NCBI GenBank assembly: GCA_002633005.1
Contig: NMRA01000079.1
Span: 90,397 to 154,396, forward strand
DNA length: 64,000 bases
Direction of reading: 5' to 3'
From: Phoronis australis
Taxonomy: Eukaryota > Animalia > Phoronida
Positions 50,201-63,318 of this stretch are shown here, piece by piece (position 1 is the stretch's first letter; every line of letters begins with the position of its first letter). Below the pieces are notes generated by a model. It was not told where the DNA came from. It worked only from the letters and a program-made list of their open reading frames with translations, and made no database searches. A program made the translations under genes and the position numbers.

Positions 50201-52574
50201 CTTTCAAGTAGATTTAGTTATAACTGGCTGCAACTGTAGAAAGCCTCCTGACGTGAAAATCGAATAAGGGCGTTTCTTCTCATTAAATTGCTGTCATAAG
50301 CATGACAGATAATGCTCATTCAACACAATTTCGTTTTGTTCCAAACTTAACCGAATTTAATATGAATTTTTAGCTTTTACTTTTGGTGGTGTACCACCAC
50401 CTGAAGTGGAGGCTGTTGCAAGTGACAGCTAACTCCTGTATTATGGGTACTCACTTGCCGCCACGCGAGGCTCAAGTGGGAACCACGGCAACTTTACAAC
50501 AAAACGATTAAAGAATTACTCGCAAAAAACGGGTTAATGTACGAAATGTTTTATTTTTGCCTGAGGTAGAGACAAGAACAGTGTTGAGATGTAGCAGTCT
50601 TTGTCAGTTCTCTTATGCATCTTGGCTGTCGGCTTTATTGTTGCGATGCGTTCGACTATCAGAGATATGTATCTCTGTACAGAGGGCTGGAGTAAATATC
50701 ACTGAAAAATGTTAAACGTGAACATTGTTGTGTGTTCAACAAATTATGTCTAAACATATGTATGCGTTTGTCTGTGCGTGCGTACGCGCGTGCGAAATGG
50801 GAGCGTGTATGGTTTTTTGCAAGAGCATCAAAACAAAATGGCAGAAGATACAGAAAAATGTCAAAGTAGAGGTTTATTCCTTATGCTTTCATTTTACATC
50901 GAATTTATTCATTTTGTTTTTGTATGATTGCAATCTTAAATAAGGATAAAGTTTCGCACTCTTCTAGGAATTTTAAACTCATAATTGTGACCAAATAACT
51001 TTTGATTAGTGTCAAGTTTTAATAAGTTTTAATTAGTGTCATGTTTCTCATTACCGTACTGTTTGACTATGTCAAAACTAGAAGCTTGTTCAATAAAGCG
51101 GTCGCTCACTCCAGACGCTCCTGAACGTCTTTTAGCAAGCTGGCGCTGGCGATAACTCTCTACAGGTGTTTAATTGGAAATCCAATATGGCGTCCGACGT
51201 GGAGTTTGATTACCAATAACCAACGACAATGATTCGAAGCGGTTTATGTTGAAAGCACAAGATGTATGCACGACAAGATTTTTGGAGTCGTGAATTTGGT
51301 AGAGAAGATAAAATAATTTAATTTGATGGTGTAATCTTGATTTTTATTTACTATAGGGGTCCTTGCTTGTTTTCTTGAGCCAGCGCTCGCTATCGTTCAG
51401 TAGCGGGAGCTGGCTCTCACTAAGGCGAGCGGCCGCCTAAACAGCGGCCCTCTAACTCCGTCAGTGCCGCAGTTATATACAAGAGAAGAATTTGAAACTT
51501 GGAGCTCAATGCTTACATCATCTCGCAACTCCATTCGTATTATTTGTTTCCGAGTCACTTTGAAACCGTGCTGACACCACTAACTATGTGCCTAAATTCT
51601 GACGTGAATACAAAGAAATTGCATAAAATACGCACCTTAAAACAACTTTCACCTGCAGAAGAAGCGTCGCGCCGAGCAAAAAACAGTCCATTTTCCGCTG
51701 GGTCAAATGTTAATTATGTTAATTGTTGAAGAAAGATAACACGTGAGACTAAAACGCCATCTCTACGTGTACGTCAGTGGAGCAAGTAAACACATTCTGG
51801 ATGTTTCATTTATTTGAGTAAGCTCTACGCGATACGATTATCAAACAATAACTTAGCGGACAGTGAAAGCAGAATTGCACTGCATACTTTGGTATGCTAT
51901 TATGAAGACGTCGCGTCATACACTGCTTTTGTGTGCTTTCAACACCGTTGAATGTATCTGACGTAACTACTCACGCGCATGAAAAGGTGCCTAAACTCTC
52001 AACCTGTTTTCCCATTAGGGTTAGTCCGCGGACTAGTTTGCGGTCGGAACACATTTTAGATCAGCGTGATAACCTACCCTACCAAATTGTCACATTCTCA
52101 GTTGATCGGACTAACCACCGTCCTAACTTAACATATTCACCGTAAACACAACATGTCGTTACGCAACCGCAATAGGGATCCAACAACCAGTTGTCACTTT
52201 TAGTCTAATTTTGAGACATATCTACTTTAAAACTGTACAGTAAACTGCGAGTAGACAGAAACAGCACTGACAACGACGAGAGCGTGCAAAGTGGCGGGAG
52301 CCAACCGAGCCGCCCGCGTGCCCTCTTAGAGTGGGGCCGCAGATATTCGAATCTGGTGGGCAAACTTTGCAACTGTTGGCGCGAAGGCGGGCTATTTACA
52401 TCCCAACATTACGCCTTATTTTCGGGAGACTCCCTTTGAACGCAATATTTCGTTTATTGAGCAGTAGCAGTTCAATCGGGCAATGAGCTATACCAGGGGG
52501 GTCGGGGAATGCCCCGTGTTGTGAACTTGAACGACTAAGCCGGATCAGAGATTTGTTGCACGATATTTATGGGG

Positions 52575-52698
52575 AGCGTTCGGTAATTAACTCGCGGCTA
52601 GAAATTCATTCCAAATAACCCGTTCTCGCTTAAAACACGTGTCGGTATAACTTGCGAAATCTTGCTTTTTAGCAAGACACTAGGGTTACTGAACGCTC
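52575..52698. mobile_element. Short MITE, copy 3 (about 125 bp)
   Basis: gagcgttc / gaacgctc ends; internal homology to 2136-2285. Confidence 0.55.
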
Positions 52699-53639
52699 GT
52701 CAGCGTCTCAGAGGACATCGTCGGATAACCCGGAATTCGAGTACGTCCGTCGACTTTTTGAAACAAAGCACTCCATCAAAGGCACCACACCAATCTGCAT
52801 GCCTCGCGGGAAGAACTCGGCACTGGCGTGAAGTGGGGTGATAATTTAGGACGGTCGGGTGAATTTAGTCCGGACCAAACCTTTATTACCCGCTTACGTA
52901 GGCCTAATTGGACCAACTTTAGTACGCTCGCTAGTCCGGTCTTTTCGAGCGTACTAAATTTAGTACCGTACCAAACAGTGGCAGATCTAGGATACCATGT
53001 ATAAGGGGGGAGGGGGCAACATGTTGCCTCGGGGAATTGGGCAAAGCGCGAGTGTATGTGCACAGGCGGCCCGAAAGTTGTGGGGCTCGGGGATGTGAAC
53101 CNCCGCCTGTGCAAAATCTGGTCCGCTCTAAATCACCTTTCGCATTGGGACTAACATTTTTGTGGTCGAGAAAGAATGTTAGTCCACCGTAGGCCTACTA
53201 ACTCACGTAATGCGAAAGGCCCGTCAACTTGACACTGAACTGTAATTTCCTTGGTGTATTCCCGGTTTTGCGATCATCCGATTGCGTGAGCTTGTCTCCT
53301 CAAATAATTCTCTTCGGGACATATCTCGCTGCTATCGTAGCATTCATTTTGAACACAGTATTGGACACAATGTAACGTTTACTAAATCTGGGTCAATTTG
53401 TGATGTTTCAAAAACGAGTTGTAGATGTTTGTTTACAATAAAGACAAATGCACAATACTGCGATATAAAAATAGGTAGATGCAACGTTTTAGTGAATCCA
53501 GGCAATGTCTTTGTAACATTTGCCAACCAAACCCAGAGAGGAATGCATGACGCTGTCTGAAAACTGGGTAAAGTTGAAATATAACGCGAGACTGGGTGGA
53601 ATTTGATGTTGAGCAAGTCGTTTAGTTCGTTTCATTTCA

Positions 53640-55250
53640 TCAATAAGAATGATTCCCTAGTTTCCATGTAGAAGGTGTTGAAGCTTTGTATTTATTTGGT
53701 CCGCAACCACCAGCACAAAGTATTGTATGAAGATCCAGCGTGTTTATTCGAGTCGACTGAAAACTCATGCTGTAGCGGCACTGTGGTGAAACTGAGAAGC
53801 TGGCACTAATTAAAAATCGTGACGAACGCAATACCTGAGGGTGCCAACATTTCCTTTACCTTTAAAGGCACCGGTGCAATCTTCAGTGTATATATAAAAC
53901 CAAAGAAGTTTCACAGTAATCTTTTTCCAAGGAGTTTGGCCAGGTGGGGGAGATTCAATAGTCGCCGATGTTTTTCAAACTCTGTATCTAGACGTACCAG
54001 TCAACGTTATGGCGTGAGCACGATGCAGCTGAATAACAAAGAAGAAATAAGTGTCATGGATTCTGACGACGTCGTTTCTGTACCCAAGTGAGACCACGTA
54101 CTGGAGGTACAAAACAATTCTTCTTTCTCTTCTCGGTTGCTGTAGACATGTGTAATCTCCTGAGTATGAACCTGAAACATCAGATTAATTTTATTATTAC
54201 TGTATGACATCGCACATTATTTTAAAGTAAGAAATACTCAGAAAATTCTGTTCAGAAAAAAGATTGTGGACTTCCCTCGCCATCGGATGACAAGTTCATG
54301 GGCTTTTTCGTCTACAATCAGAATGGCCACCTCGCTCTTCTCCAACCTGGAAACTGACTTCTCACCACCCCAGACTTACAGTAACAGTTGAGAGAGTTGT
54401 TTTTGTTGTCATCGTTTGTAAGAATGCTTTTGAAGTCGTATGATTTCCGTGTAGCTGGTCCACCCACGATTATCGTGTGTGAACTTCCATGTCGCAACCG
54501 TTCCTGGGCTTTGATAGATTCAGGGAGATAGCTGTCAGTCAAAAACAAAAAGTGCTTCTTCGACGCCATCTTGTCAAGGAAATGTAAACAAAACTCACCA
54601 CCTGTTGGAAGGAGATTAGTTAACGTGTAGTGGAGTAGTTCCATGCCATCTTGGATGAACAGAACATCCTCAGGATAATAAAAATTTTCTGGCGCAATGT
54701 TTCCAGAAGCTACTGCAAAAGGGATGCTTCGTTGGTCTAGGAAAAAAGACCATCTGTTGTTCCAAGACGGAGCTTCTTCTTGGAGAATCATTGTCGGTTG
54801 CGACTTGTAAATGACTAGCACTGTTTTATCATTGGATATTTCAAAACCAGGCTTGACCTCTTGAATCGTGATTCTTCGAGCGCTGTTGACGATGTTGCTA
54901 CCCTGTACATTCGTGGTTATTTTATTCAAATTATTTCAATCAGAATGCAATACACTGTTACCCTCACCTGTGAAGAGTAAGATGAGTTGACATATTCCCC
55001 ATCACGTTCGCCAAAGCGGTTTCTAAATCTGAGACGAAGTCGTAGCTTCAGTCTCCGAGTGACCCAGTTTGTGCAATATAGTAGTAAGCTGCTTTCTTCG
55101 AAACAATTGTCTGATTGTCACAGAAAATGTACATGCTTTGACGTTACCCACTTTCCGTCTGCGACGGCATGACTGCATACATCTTGTCCGATAGAGGAAG
55201 TCAGTCTCTTGAATTTTTCACTTGTGTTGAGACCTTCAACCCCAGTCATC
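53640..55250 (-). mobile_element. Decayed AcademX-like transposon (transposase N-region plus XPG/FEN-like nuclease)
   Basis: Across frames: SSIGQDVC...GKW...KH...ILHKLGHSE; NLNKITTNVQGSNIVNSA..I.IQEVK; IQDG...TDSY...SIKAQERLR; SNREE; TEDCTGAFKGKG (H2TH-like). Many stops and frameshifts. Confidence 0.65.
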
Positions 55251-56649
55251 AACAAACTAAGAAATCGGTAAGTTTTACAGTATCAAGCTGTATATAATCG
55301 GCCGTTAACGGCCACGGTAGATCTGCAGACTGTTTGCATGCTTTCATCTAGAAGAGCGAGCGCAGTTTTCAGACGTTTATCTGTTCTTCCTTAACAATGT
55401 GCTTGTGTCAAAGCACACCGGTCATACTAGATCTATGAAACAGCCAGAATGATAGTGTCACCTCTGCCAATTTTTGTGAAGTTGACCTGGTTTTGCAGTG
55501 GACCTGTTTTGAAACGATTCAATAGTTTTTTAGAACGTTACCTAAGATTCCCATTCCCGTTCCGTTTTAGTTCCTCAACGTAAAACAAGCGGAAGGAAGA
55601 GACCTTGATGACATCGTTTGACTGTTTGATCAGTTGAAGGTATCAACTATGGGCATCTGTTTCAACCAGGGATGCTAGTTGCTAACTACAGAAAATGCTT
55701 TTAAAAGAATGTTCTGGAGTGATATGTTACTAAACGAGGCATGGGTTTGGCACGGCATTTACTGCAGATGTTACGCTATACTTTTGGCATATATCGTGAA
55801 CGTTTTCTTCTTAGCAGACGGGTTTAATGCATTTTTGAGTTGAAAAAATCACACGAACGTTCATTTCTTGCCACACAATCCCGTGATTGGATAAATTTAC
55901 GATAAAACTCTATGGGCATGGTCAAAATTTCCATAAGACCAGCAAGGTGCAGCAAAGCCATCCTCCGTCTGTTCACCAAGACATATGTTTGGGGGAAGAA
56001 CAGGACAAAGAGCCGACTTTGGTAGTCAACACTAAGCTGCGTCTTCCTCTACCTGATAGAAAACTCTTCCAGGTTCACGTCACGACCTGACGTCAAATGG
56101 CCAATAAACTTTCCCTGATTTAGTAGCGACAGATGGCGACAGAGTATTTGGCAGACAAACTTGCTAAGCTTCGTTGACAGTTTGGCAGCGATGATTTGAA
56201 AGGTTACTTGAGACAGTGTGATTTTACGGGTTTTTTGTTTTTGCTTATAAATTCTTTGTGAATACCATACTATCAAATAACCACAAACGAATTCAGAGCA
56301 AATGTGACGACATAAGTGTTTGGCCAGATGTATAATACTAAGCTAACTACGCAAATGATATCGATGGTCACGATCAACGTTTCGATAAATCGATATAACA
56401 GCTAAAATCATCATCAGGTATGAGCCATGCTCTGTATCACTTCGCAATGACAATCAACTTCAAATCATAGTCCATACACTTCAAGTGACAAATAGAGAGT
56501 CATGCAGTTAAATGAACTCAACCATCAACTACCACAACCGAAGGTTGAAAGCGCCTATGTTCCTATACAAGCTGTACTCAGCCTGAAGCTCATTGATGTG
56601 TAAACCTGGATTAATAGGTTTGTTCTCTTCACATCAAAATCCAAAATCT

Positions 56650-56870
56650 TTACATCATTTAAAGCAATACACTTGATCTGATTCTATCGAGTGAACTGTT
56701 GGTTGGAATCGGTTGTTCTGTTCTTGTTGTCATGCCAACGTACATTACAGTCCTTGCATCGGATCTTATAGACAACATTGCTGTTTTGCTTTGTTTTCAA
56801 AGGAAACTTGAGTTTTGACAATTTCGCGAGTCTTTGACAAGGTCTCAAAACAGCAATTAAGCGAGTTGAT
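56650..56870 (-). mobile_element. Penelope-like retroelement fragment (GIY-YIG start)
   Basis: VLRPCQRLAKL...KQNSNVVYKIRCKDC matches the PLE VVYKIxCxxC motif. Confidence 0.6.
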
Positions 56871-58978
56871 GAAATTAGTACAACAACCTGATGAGATTTA
56901 TGTTCCAGGCGGAAGATGCACATATACAAGGTAGGAAGATGTATAATTTTTCCTGTTCAGGCCCGTAATCAACTGACTGTTCTCTGTCTTGTTTAGGTAA
57001 AAATCTATTAGCGCATGAATCAATAAATGAACCAGGAAACTCATTAATCTCCGTGAATGAAAGAAATAACTGGTTTTTGAAATTAGGTCACTGAAATGAA
57101 AGTTGTCACCGTGTCTCATAACGTTAAACAGTTTTATGAGATATGTTTGCTGTTGCAAATTCTGAGGTGCAAAGCTTACCACCAATGGTCTAGCGTCAGG
57201 CATTCTTTTCCCAGTCCACATTTTTAAAGTGCAGTTTGGGCTCTGCTCTCAAACAGGTAAAACGCCAAACATAGACTTGCACGAACAATGGAAAACGTAG
57301 CATCTCTGTGTCCTCAACTGTCACAGCTGTGGTTCGACTTGGTCCAGGTTACTGAGGAGCTCTGCAGCAAAAATGAACAGCTTAGACAGCCTAATCGTTT
57401 TGGCCATAAGGTCAGATGTTTAAATACGGTAAATCTCCACTCATTTCGAACAAAAGTAATTAAAGGGAATCTGTAGAAAAAACACCGAGAAATATGTATA
57501 GTAGAAATTTAATTTGTGATAGGTCTACTGGACCAGTGTCAACCAGAAGACACGCGTGGTACCAATGAAGCATAACCTCAGGTACTTTTTTGCAAAAAGT
57601 GCGTACTTGCCATTTCGTGACGTCGATTCTAAATAAAAAGCGTACTCACAGCCTATTAGTTAACAGTATCCGAAATCATTTCATTTTTTTATGGGAAGAA
57701 AAACCAACTGAATATGTTTGGGGTAAAGTCGACGTCCGCCGGTAATTGCTTCAGATTGTGACTTTATGCCAATTGGTTCATCAAATATGTAAAAATATAT
57801 TTTCAGACATATTACTAAAAACGATAATAAAAAATACCTGGAAATGATGGAAAACATATCGAATTTTTTTTTTTCTAAAACGTATCTCAGCAATACTTTC
57901 TCAAACCCAGGAATTCGGTGAAGGGTGGAAAGAAGTACCATCCGCCTTTCTAAACCGTTTCCATTGTTTGTTTTTGAAATATCGACATTTACCCTCAAGC
58001 AAGTTAGAATTGTACCAAGGTGGTTCGCATGGAATGTTTTCTGTTTTTATGCGAACAGAAATGTTTATAAACTCTCCATAGTTCCTTCCAAAACTTATTT
58101 GAAACACGTTGGGATTTCTTATCAAGATGTTAGGCCTACAGTAGATTTTGGGAACGAATCCTTGCCTATTTACGTCCTTTATTACTAGACAGGTCTAGCT
58201 TGCAAAACGGAAACTTTCGACGTACGCCAAGAACAAAGTCAAGCATAAAAGTGGTTTTGTTAAATTTAGGAGCTTTGCCGTCCATAAATTTGTAAAACAT
58301 CCTTTCTAACGTTTGGATCATCGACTGAGATTGGCCAGGTAATAAAGAAGTGACACTAATTTTTGCAGCATGGATGATTTAACAACTGTTGTTTCGCCAA
58401 CGGGGGAGTTAAAGACTGTTTAGATCATGAAAAAAACAACTTGAACTTTGCTGATTTTTTCCTCGAAATTTGGTCCAATAATTTCGTCCAACTCTACGTT
58501 GAATTTGACACCGAACGTATGAAATGCATTTTCCATATAGGTTTCCTTTCACTTTTTTTGCTAATTTGGACCTCCAGAGCATGGTCTCGAAAAACGTTTT
58601 GAACCCGTGTAATAGTAGATTTGTCGATGAATTAAATTTTTTCGTTTCCTAGGCGTTTGGCTAATGCACGGATCGTTGTTCTGAAGGAGAGTGAATCTAC
58701 TAGTGTGTTTATTCATGAAACGTAGTTGTGATGAGCAGCCGTATCCCTCTAATGAATGTAAACTGCTTTCATTATGCGACTCTTCAAATCGTAATTTAGT
58801 TCGGAATGTTTTTAACAAGTCGGGGCTATTCTTTTAAAGTTGGTTTTTGAACTGAAATTAGGCAAGGTTTTACGAGTTTTCTCAAAGTCTTGAGGCAATA
58901 GACATTTGATTCCTTATGTTTTTCCAACTTCCTGGAAACACGTTTTTTTGCTATTCTAGTTAACTTTGAAAGTGCAAG

Positions 58979-59182
58979 TATTTGTGACTGGGTTGTTTGT
59001 ACCCAGATTGGAGATCACTATTTGTGACTGGGTTGTTTGTACCCAGATTGGAGATCACTATTTGTGACTGGGTTGTTTGTACCCAGATTGGAGACCACTA
59101 TTTGTGACTGTGTTGCTTGTACCCAGATTGGAGACCACTATTTGTGACTGTGTTGCTTGTACCCAGATTGGAGATCACTATT
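58979..59182. repeat. 40-bp minisatellite, 5 copies
   Basis: tatttgtgactgggttgtttgtacccagattggagatcac unit. Confidence 0.95.
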
Positions 59183-61300
59183 CCTCTTCATGTTGTAGCG
59201 TGCAAAAATTCAGTTCAGTTTGATTTTTTCGTGAAACTCGGGTTTAGCAACTTTAATGCCTTAGTATGTAGTGATGTCGAAGAAACAGAAGTCATTCGCA
59301 ATACCAGGACACTTTAATAAATTAATAACACTGCATAACATGGGTCTCTATTAGGAATGTTCGTTATGGAAATAGAAAATTCTCTTCCAGCAAATGTTGA
59401 CAAAAACTTCACAGAATAAATAAACATTGAGCAAAATTATTAACTCCATCAGGAATGAGTAGAATCAAAAGCAAGTTATTTTATCCAAGTCTGACTCAGA
59501 GGGGTGTTGCATATTATGACAAATAAATGTTCTCCAGTTTGGGACACCAAAGTTCAAGACCAAATAGACATGGGCGATTTCGGCATTCGTCATACTTGTC
59601 AAAATATCAGACACTGCATTTTTATCAAAAATAGACTAATTTTCATGCAGCCCTGTCTGTAACATGGTAGCGAACAATCGTCTGTCAATCATAATTCTTG
59701 AATTTTTGATGGCCAATACTGTCTTTTTCTAAAACTTGGTAAAGGTCTGACCCAAACTGGAGGTGTTTTACCCTGACTATTTCTGATAAAGATGTTCCTC
59801 CACACTTCCATCCCATCATCAAGATAATGCATAATCATTATTTAGGGCTTTGGGCAACAATTGGCAGTCATTTCTCAAATATGAAACACTCTAACAGATT
59901 ATTTCAACAAATGTAAATAAACTTATCCAGTTTTTACCCCTTACACGGCTTAATATGAGAAGTCTAAACTGAGAAGTAACAGAGCGTTTCGAAACACTAC
60001 TTGAGGGTATCAAAGCGCAAAGACTCAACTAAACCAAACCAAAGTTTTCTGCAATTTCAACACGATTTTTTCACAGTAAGCAGGTTGGGATCAGTCAGCA
60101 CTTCAGTTACACAGCGCCATCTCTTGGAGGGATGGCAGCTAACATGTGACTCTGGTCTCTGTTATGACTATTACCCAACACCCGGGATGTTTACTGCATG
60201 TATTGTCCAACACTATGACCAAGACAGAGGTTGTGTAACACAAAGTCGACTCGTTTGGCCTTTTTCAATATGGATTTATAATAGTGGACTAACTTCCTTT
60301 CTCAATCACAAGAATTTTAAACCCAAAGCAAAAAGCCACAGATTTAGATCAGTCAAGGTGGACTTTCTCAACACAAAATTTCCAAGAAAAGCGAATTGAT
60401 TGTTTTTCATAGCATGAACCAAAAACAGTAGTACCCTACGATTCAAACTTAGCAAACTATTTTCAAATCCAAGCACAGGGCCAATACTAACAAGATAAGA
60501 AGTTGTCTAAAATCTAAAATTGCAACAACTTAGCAAATCACAATGTAGAAATCACAATTCAGTGACTAGACCTGCAATAAGCTGTGATTGTACAGTACAC
60601 TGTGTGTTCAGCTATATAGGACATTTTATGTGTACCCAGTGAATTCAACCTCCCATTGTACACCAGAACTGTGTTACAGTGAATCTCAGTTCACAAGGTT
60701 TGCTAGCTTATGACGTTCCAGTGCATAAGGAGCAAGTAAACAGCACTATATAACAATTGATTTGGCTAAAACAAATATAGATTACAACAAATGTTCCACA
60801 AATTAGTTACTAGGAGTCTGATCACTGAATTGATGGTTTCACTGTTACTAGACATTTGTACAATGAAACTTGCACACTGTAATGGCAAGAAAATGAAACA
60901 AAACAAACTTTTTAGCTAAATATTTTAAATTTCCTCACTTTTATACATGCCTTCCTTCATTTGCACTAGACGAGTTTGAACACAGAAAGAACTTTTTCAA
61001 TAAAAAGACACAATTTAAGTACAAATATTTTGTAAAATACAGTTCTGCATATCTTTGCGTTTTATTGTCAATTCATCAAAAAGGGAAGTTCAAGGTCGTT
61101 CAACTGTGGCAGCCATTTTGTATGTGCACCACCAGAAACTCATAAACTATATTGAAAATTCCATATTTAATTCCGATTATTTTGAAACTATTGATCATAA
61201 GCTGAAACAGGATCATTTGGGAATAAGTATAAACTAGATTTGTTTTACGTCAAATTCCTTTTATGAAGTTTTTAACTAAGAACAAGCAGAAAGATTATCT

Positions 61301-62101
61301 TTAAGTAGTGGATGAGACAGAATAGGATTGGCGTGACGGTTTAAAACCTGGGCTGACACACACAGTGGAGGAATCTGCACTAAGCTTGTCTATGTATTTC
61401 TTATGTTTTTTACTGATATGACCAGTTTCATAGTTTGCACCGTTTCCCGATACATTCCTCACAGACGACTGCGACGTAGTCCTCTCAAGCAAATCATTCT
61501 CCATAAAGTTTACTGCCTCAAAATTTTTCATATTGCTGGCAACATGGGAACTCGAATCCGTGTCCTGCTCCGACACCGTTGACAAGGAGCTAGCTGCAGA
61601 TGATATCCTCTGGCTTTGATCACCGCTGCGGACGCGACATGTCTTCCCAGCACTCGGAGGCTTGTTCGACACGTCCTGCACTCCGGAGTCCCGGCTTGTG
61701 CTCGATGACTGCCGATAATCCTCCTCCTTCAAGTCCTTTCTCTCACGGTTCGCACGCTTCTTCAGTCTCCGCATCTCTCTCGCGATACTCTTCAAATCGG
61801 AGTCAGTATCGTTAGTCTCTTCAACCCTATCTGCTCCCTTTTCTGCGCTTGGCGCACGTCTGAGCCTACTCTCCTCGTGCACATTTTTGCAAGAACTGGA
61901 CCCAGACCTGACTCTCTTCCACTCAGACATTGTGGGTTCACCAGTCCCAAGAAGTGCTTCATCCACTTCACTGCTGATTCCATTTTCCTTCAGCAAAATC
62001 TTCAACTGTTCAATGACTAGATCTTTGTGCTTGACTTGTTGCTCTAAAGAGCTGATTTTCTCCGACTGGTCTGACACGCGACGAGACAGGTCAAGGATAA
62101 C
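61301..62101 (-). CDS. Terminal exon of an unknown coiled-coil/Ser-rich protein
   Basis: Acceptor ttttcag|GTT, heptad segment LSRRVSDQSEKISSLEQQVKHKDLVIEQLK, stop at 61301. Confidence 0.8.
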   Translation of the reverse strand, partial: VILDLSRRVSDQSEKISSLEQQVKHKDLVIEQLKILLKENGISSEVDEALLGTGEPTMSEWKRVRSGSSSCKNVHEESRLRRAPSAEKGADRVEETNDTDSDLKSIAREMRRLKKRANRERKDLKEEDYRQSSSTSRDSGVQDVSNKPPSAGKTCRVRSGDQSQRISSAASSLSTVSEQDTDSSSHVASNMKNFEAVNFMENDLLERTTSQSSVRNVSGNGANYETGHISKKHKKYIDKLSADSSTVCVSPGFKPSRQSYSVSSTT

Positions 62102-62929
62102 CTGAAAAGGTAACATTCTGCAGTTACAAAGTACCACAGTTGTTTAACAGAAATAAGGTGTTATAGTATTTCAGCAAGGAATGTCAAAAAACAAAGTTAA
62201 ATTAAAGTACTGTACTGCATTTCACAGTACAACAAACTAAAACTGTGCTGGTAAAAATGGTGAGGAGTCTATGATGAAAAAAGCCAGTTGGTTTTACAAG
62301 AACATGGTACGCTTATGTTAATTAAATAGTGAATTCAATGAAAAATTATGTTTCAATTTTTATTTTTCTTGAAAGTGTATAAAACTATTAGTAGATTCTC
62401 CAATGGAATTTTCCAACTAAATAATATGTTCAATGTCATAAAATCAAGTACAGTACACGCCAAAGGATCTCAGACAAAATGACCCAGAATTCCCTTTTAC
62501 GGTGGCTGGGCGAAAGCCAAATTCGTGCTCAGAGTATAGTAAAACCTCACCCATTTCGAACAAAAATAATTGCCAAAGTTTCACTTTTTCATTTTCAAAG
62601 GCTTCCAACCTTGTTGTGAATGCCCACAAATTTTCAAAGATATTGGTTGAACTTAAATATGGCAAAACACTATTTTGTTTTTATGGATCACTTGAAAAAC
62701 TGAGAATGTAAAACTTTATCTGTCCACCATGGTGTGACTTAAATTGCTGAAATTTCACAATATCGTTGTCTCAAGACCAAAAAGTTAGCACGGTGGCTAA
62801 GCCATTCTCTAAACATAACTTTGCTGCCAGTCCTTACGAGCCCGAATGACCAGTCCTGACGGCTCATGACCAGTCATAACCCGTCGTGACGGCGAAACAG
62901 TATTTTATCCAAAAGTCTTTTACGCAAGT

Positions 62930-63075
62930 TTTACATGTAAGCGTGGCAGTTTTTACACGTTCGCATGTCATATTTTGACACGTTTTACACATGAGCATGA
63001 CAGTTTTTTCCATGTGTTACACAATAGCGTGGCAGTTTTCAACATGGATTACATGATTTTCCACAGATTACATGT
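62930..63075. repeat. Decayed short tandem repeats
   Basis: ttttacac...agcgtggcagt-like units. Confidence 0.5.
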
Positions 63076-63217
63076 TTTTACCACCTTTCAAACGCTTTGA
63101 GCATGTAATACGTGTGAAATTCTCATCAGATGAAAAAAGTTAATGGGTATAGAAAGTTCTAGAAGTATTTCAACATATTCTCCTAATATAATATAACCCA
63201 AAAATACATGCACACAC

Positions 63218-63318
63218 CTTCGTCCTGCTGTCTTCCCACTCTACACCACTGTCGACGTCTTCCGCGTCGCCACCATCTCCACGCTGACTCGACGCAGAAT
63301 TAGCACGACTCAGCCTCT
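63218..63318 (-). CDS. Penultimate exon of the same gene (continues beyond the window)
   Basis: RLSRANSASSQRGDGGDAEDVDSGVEWEDSRTK; ttttcag / gtgtgt; phase 1-0 joins 62101. Confidence 0.75.

Noticed and set aside
57240-57345. Zinc-finger/B-box-like Cys pattern on the minus strand
   Set aside because: Interrupted by stops and too short to support.
58979-59182. CRISPR-like palindromic repeats (also 25121-25658 and 43183-43390)
   Set aside because: The units are contiguous with no unique spacers, there are no cas genes, and the context is eukaryotic.
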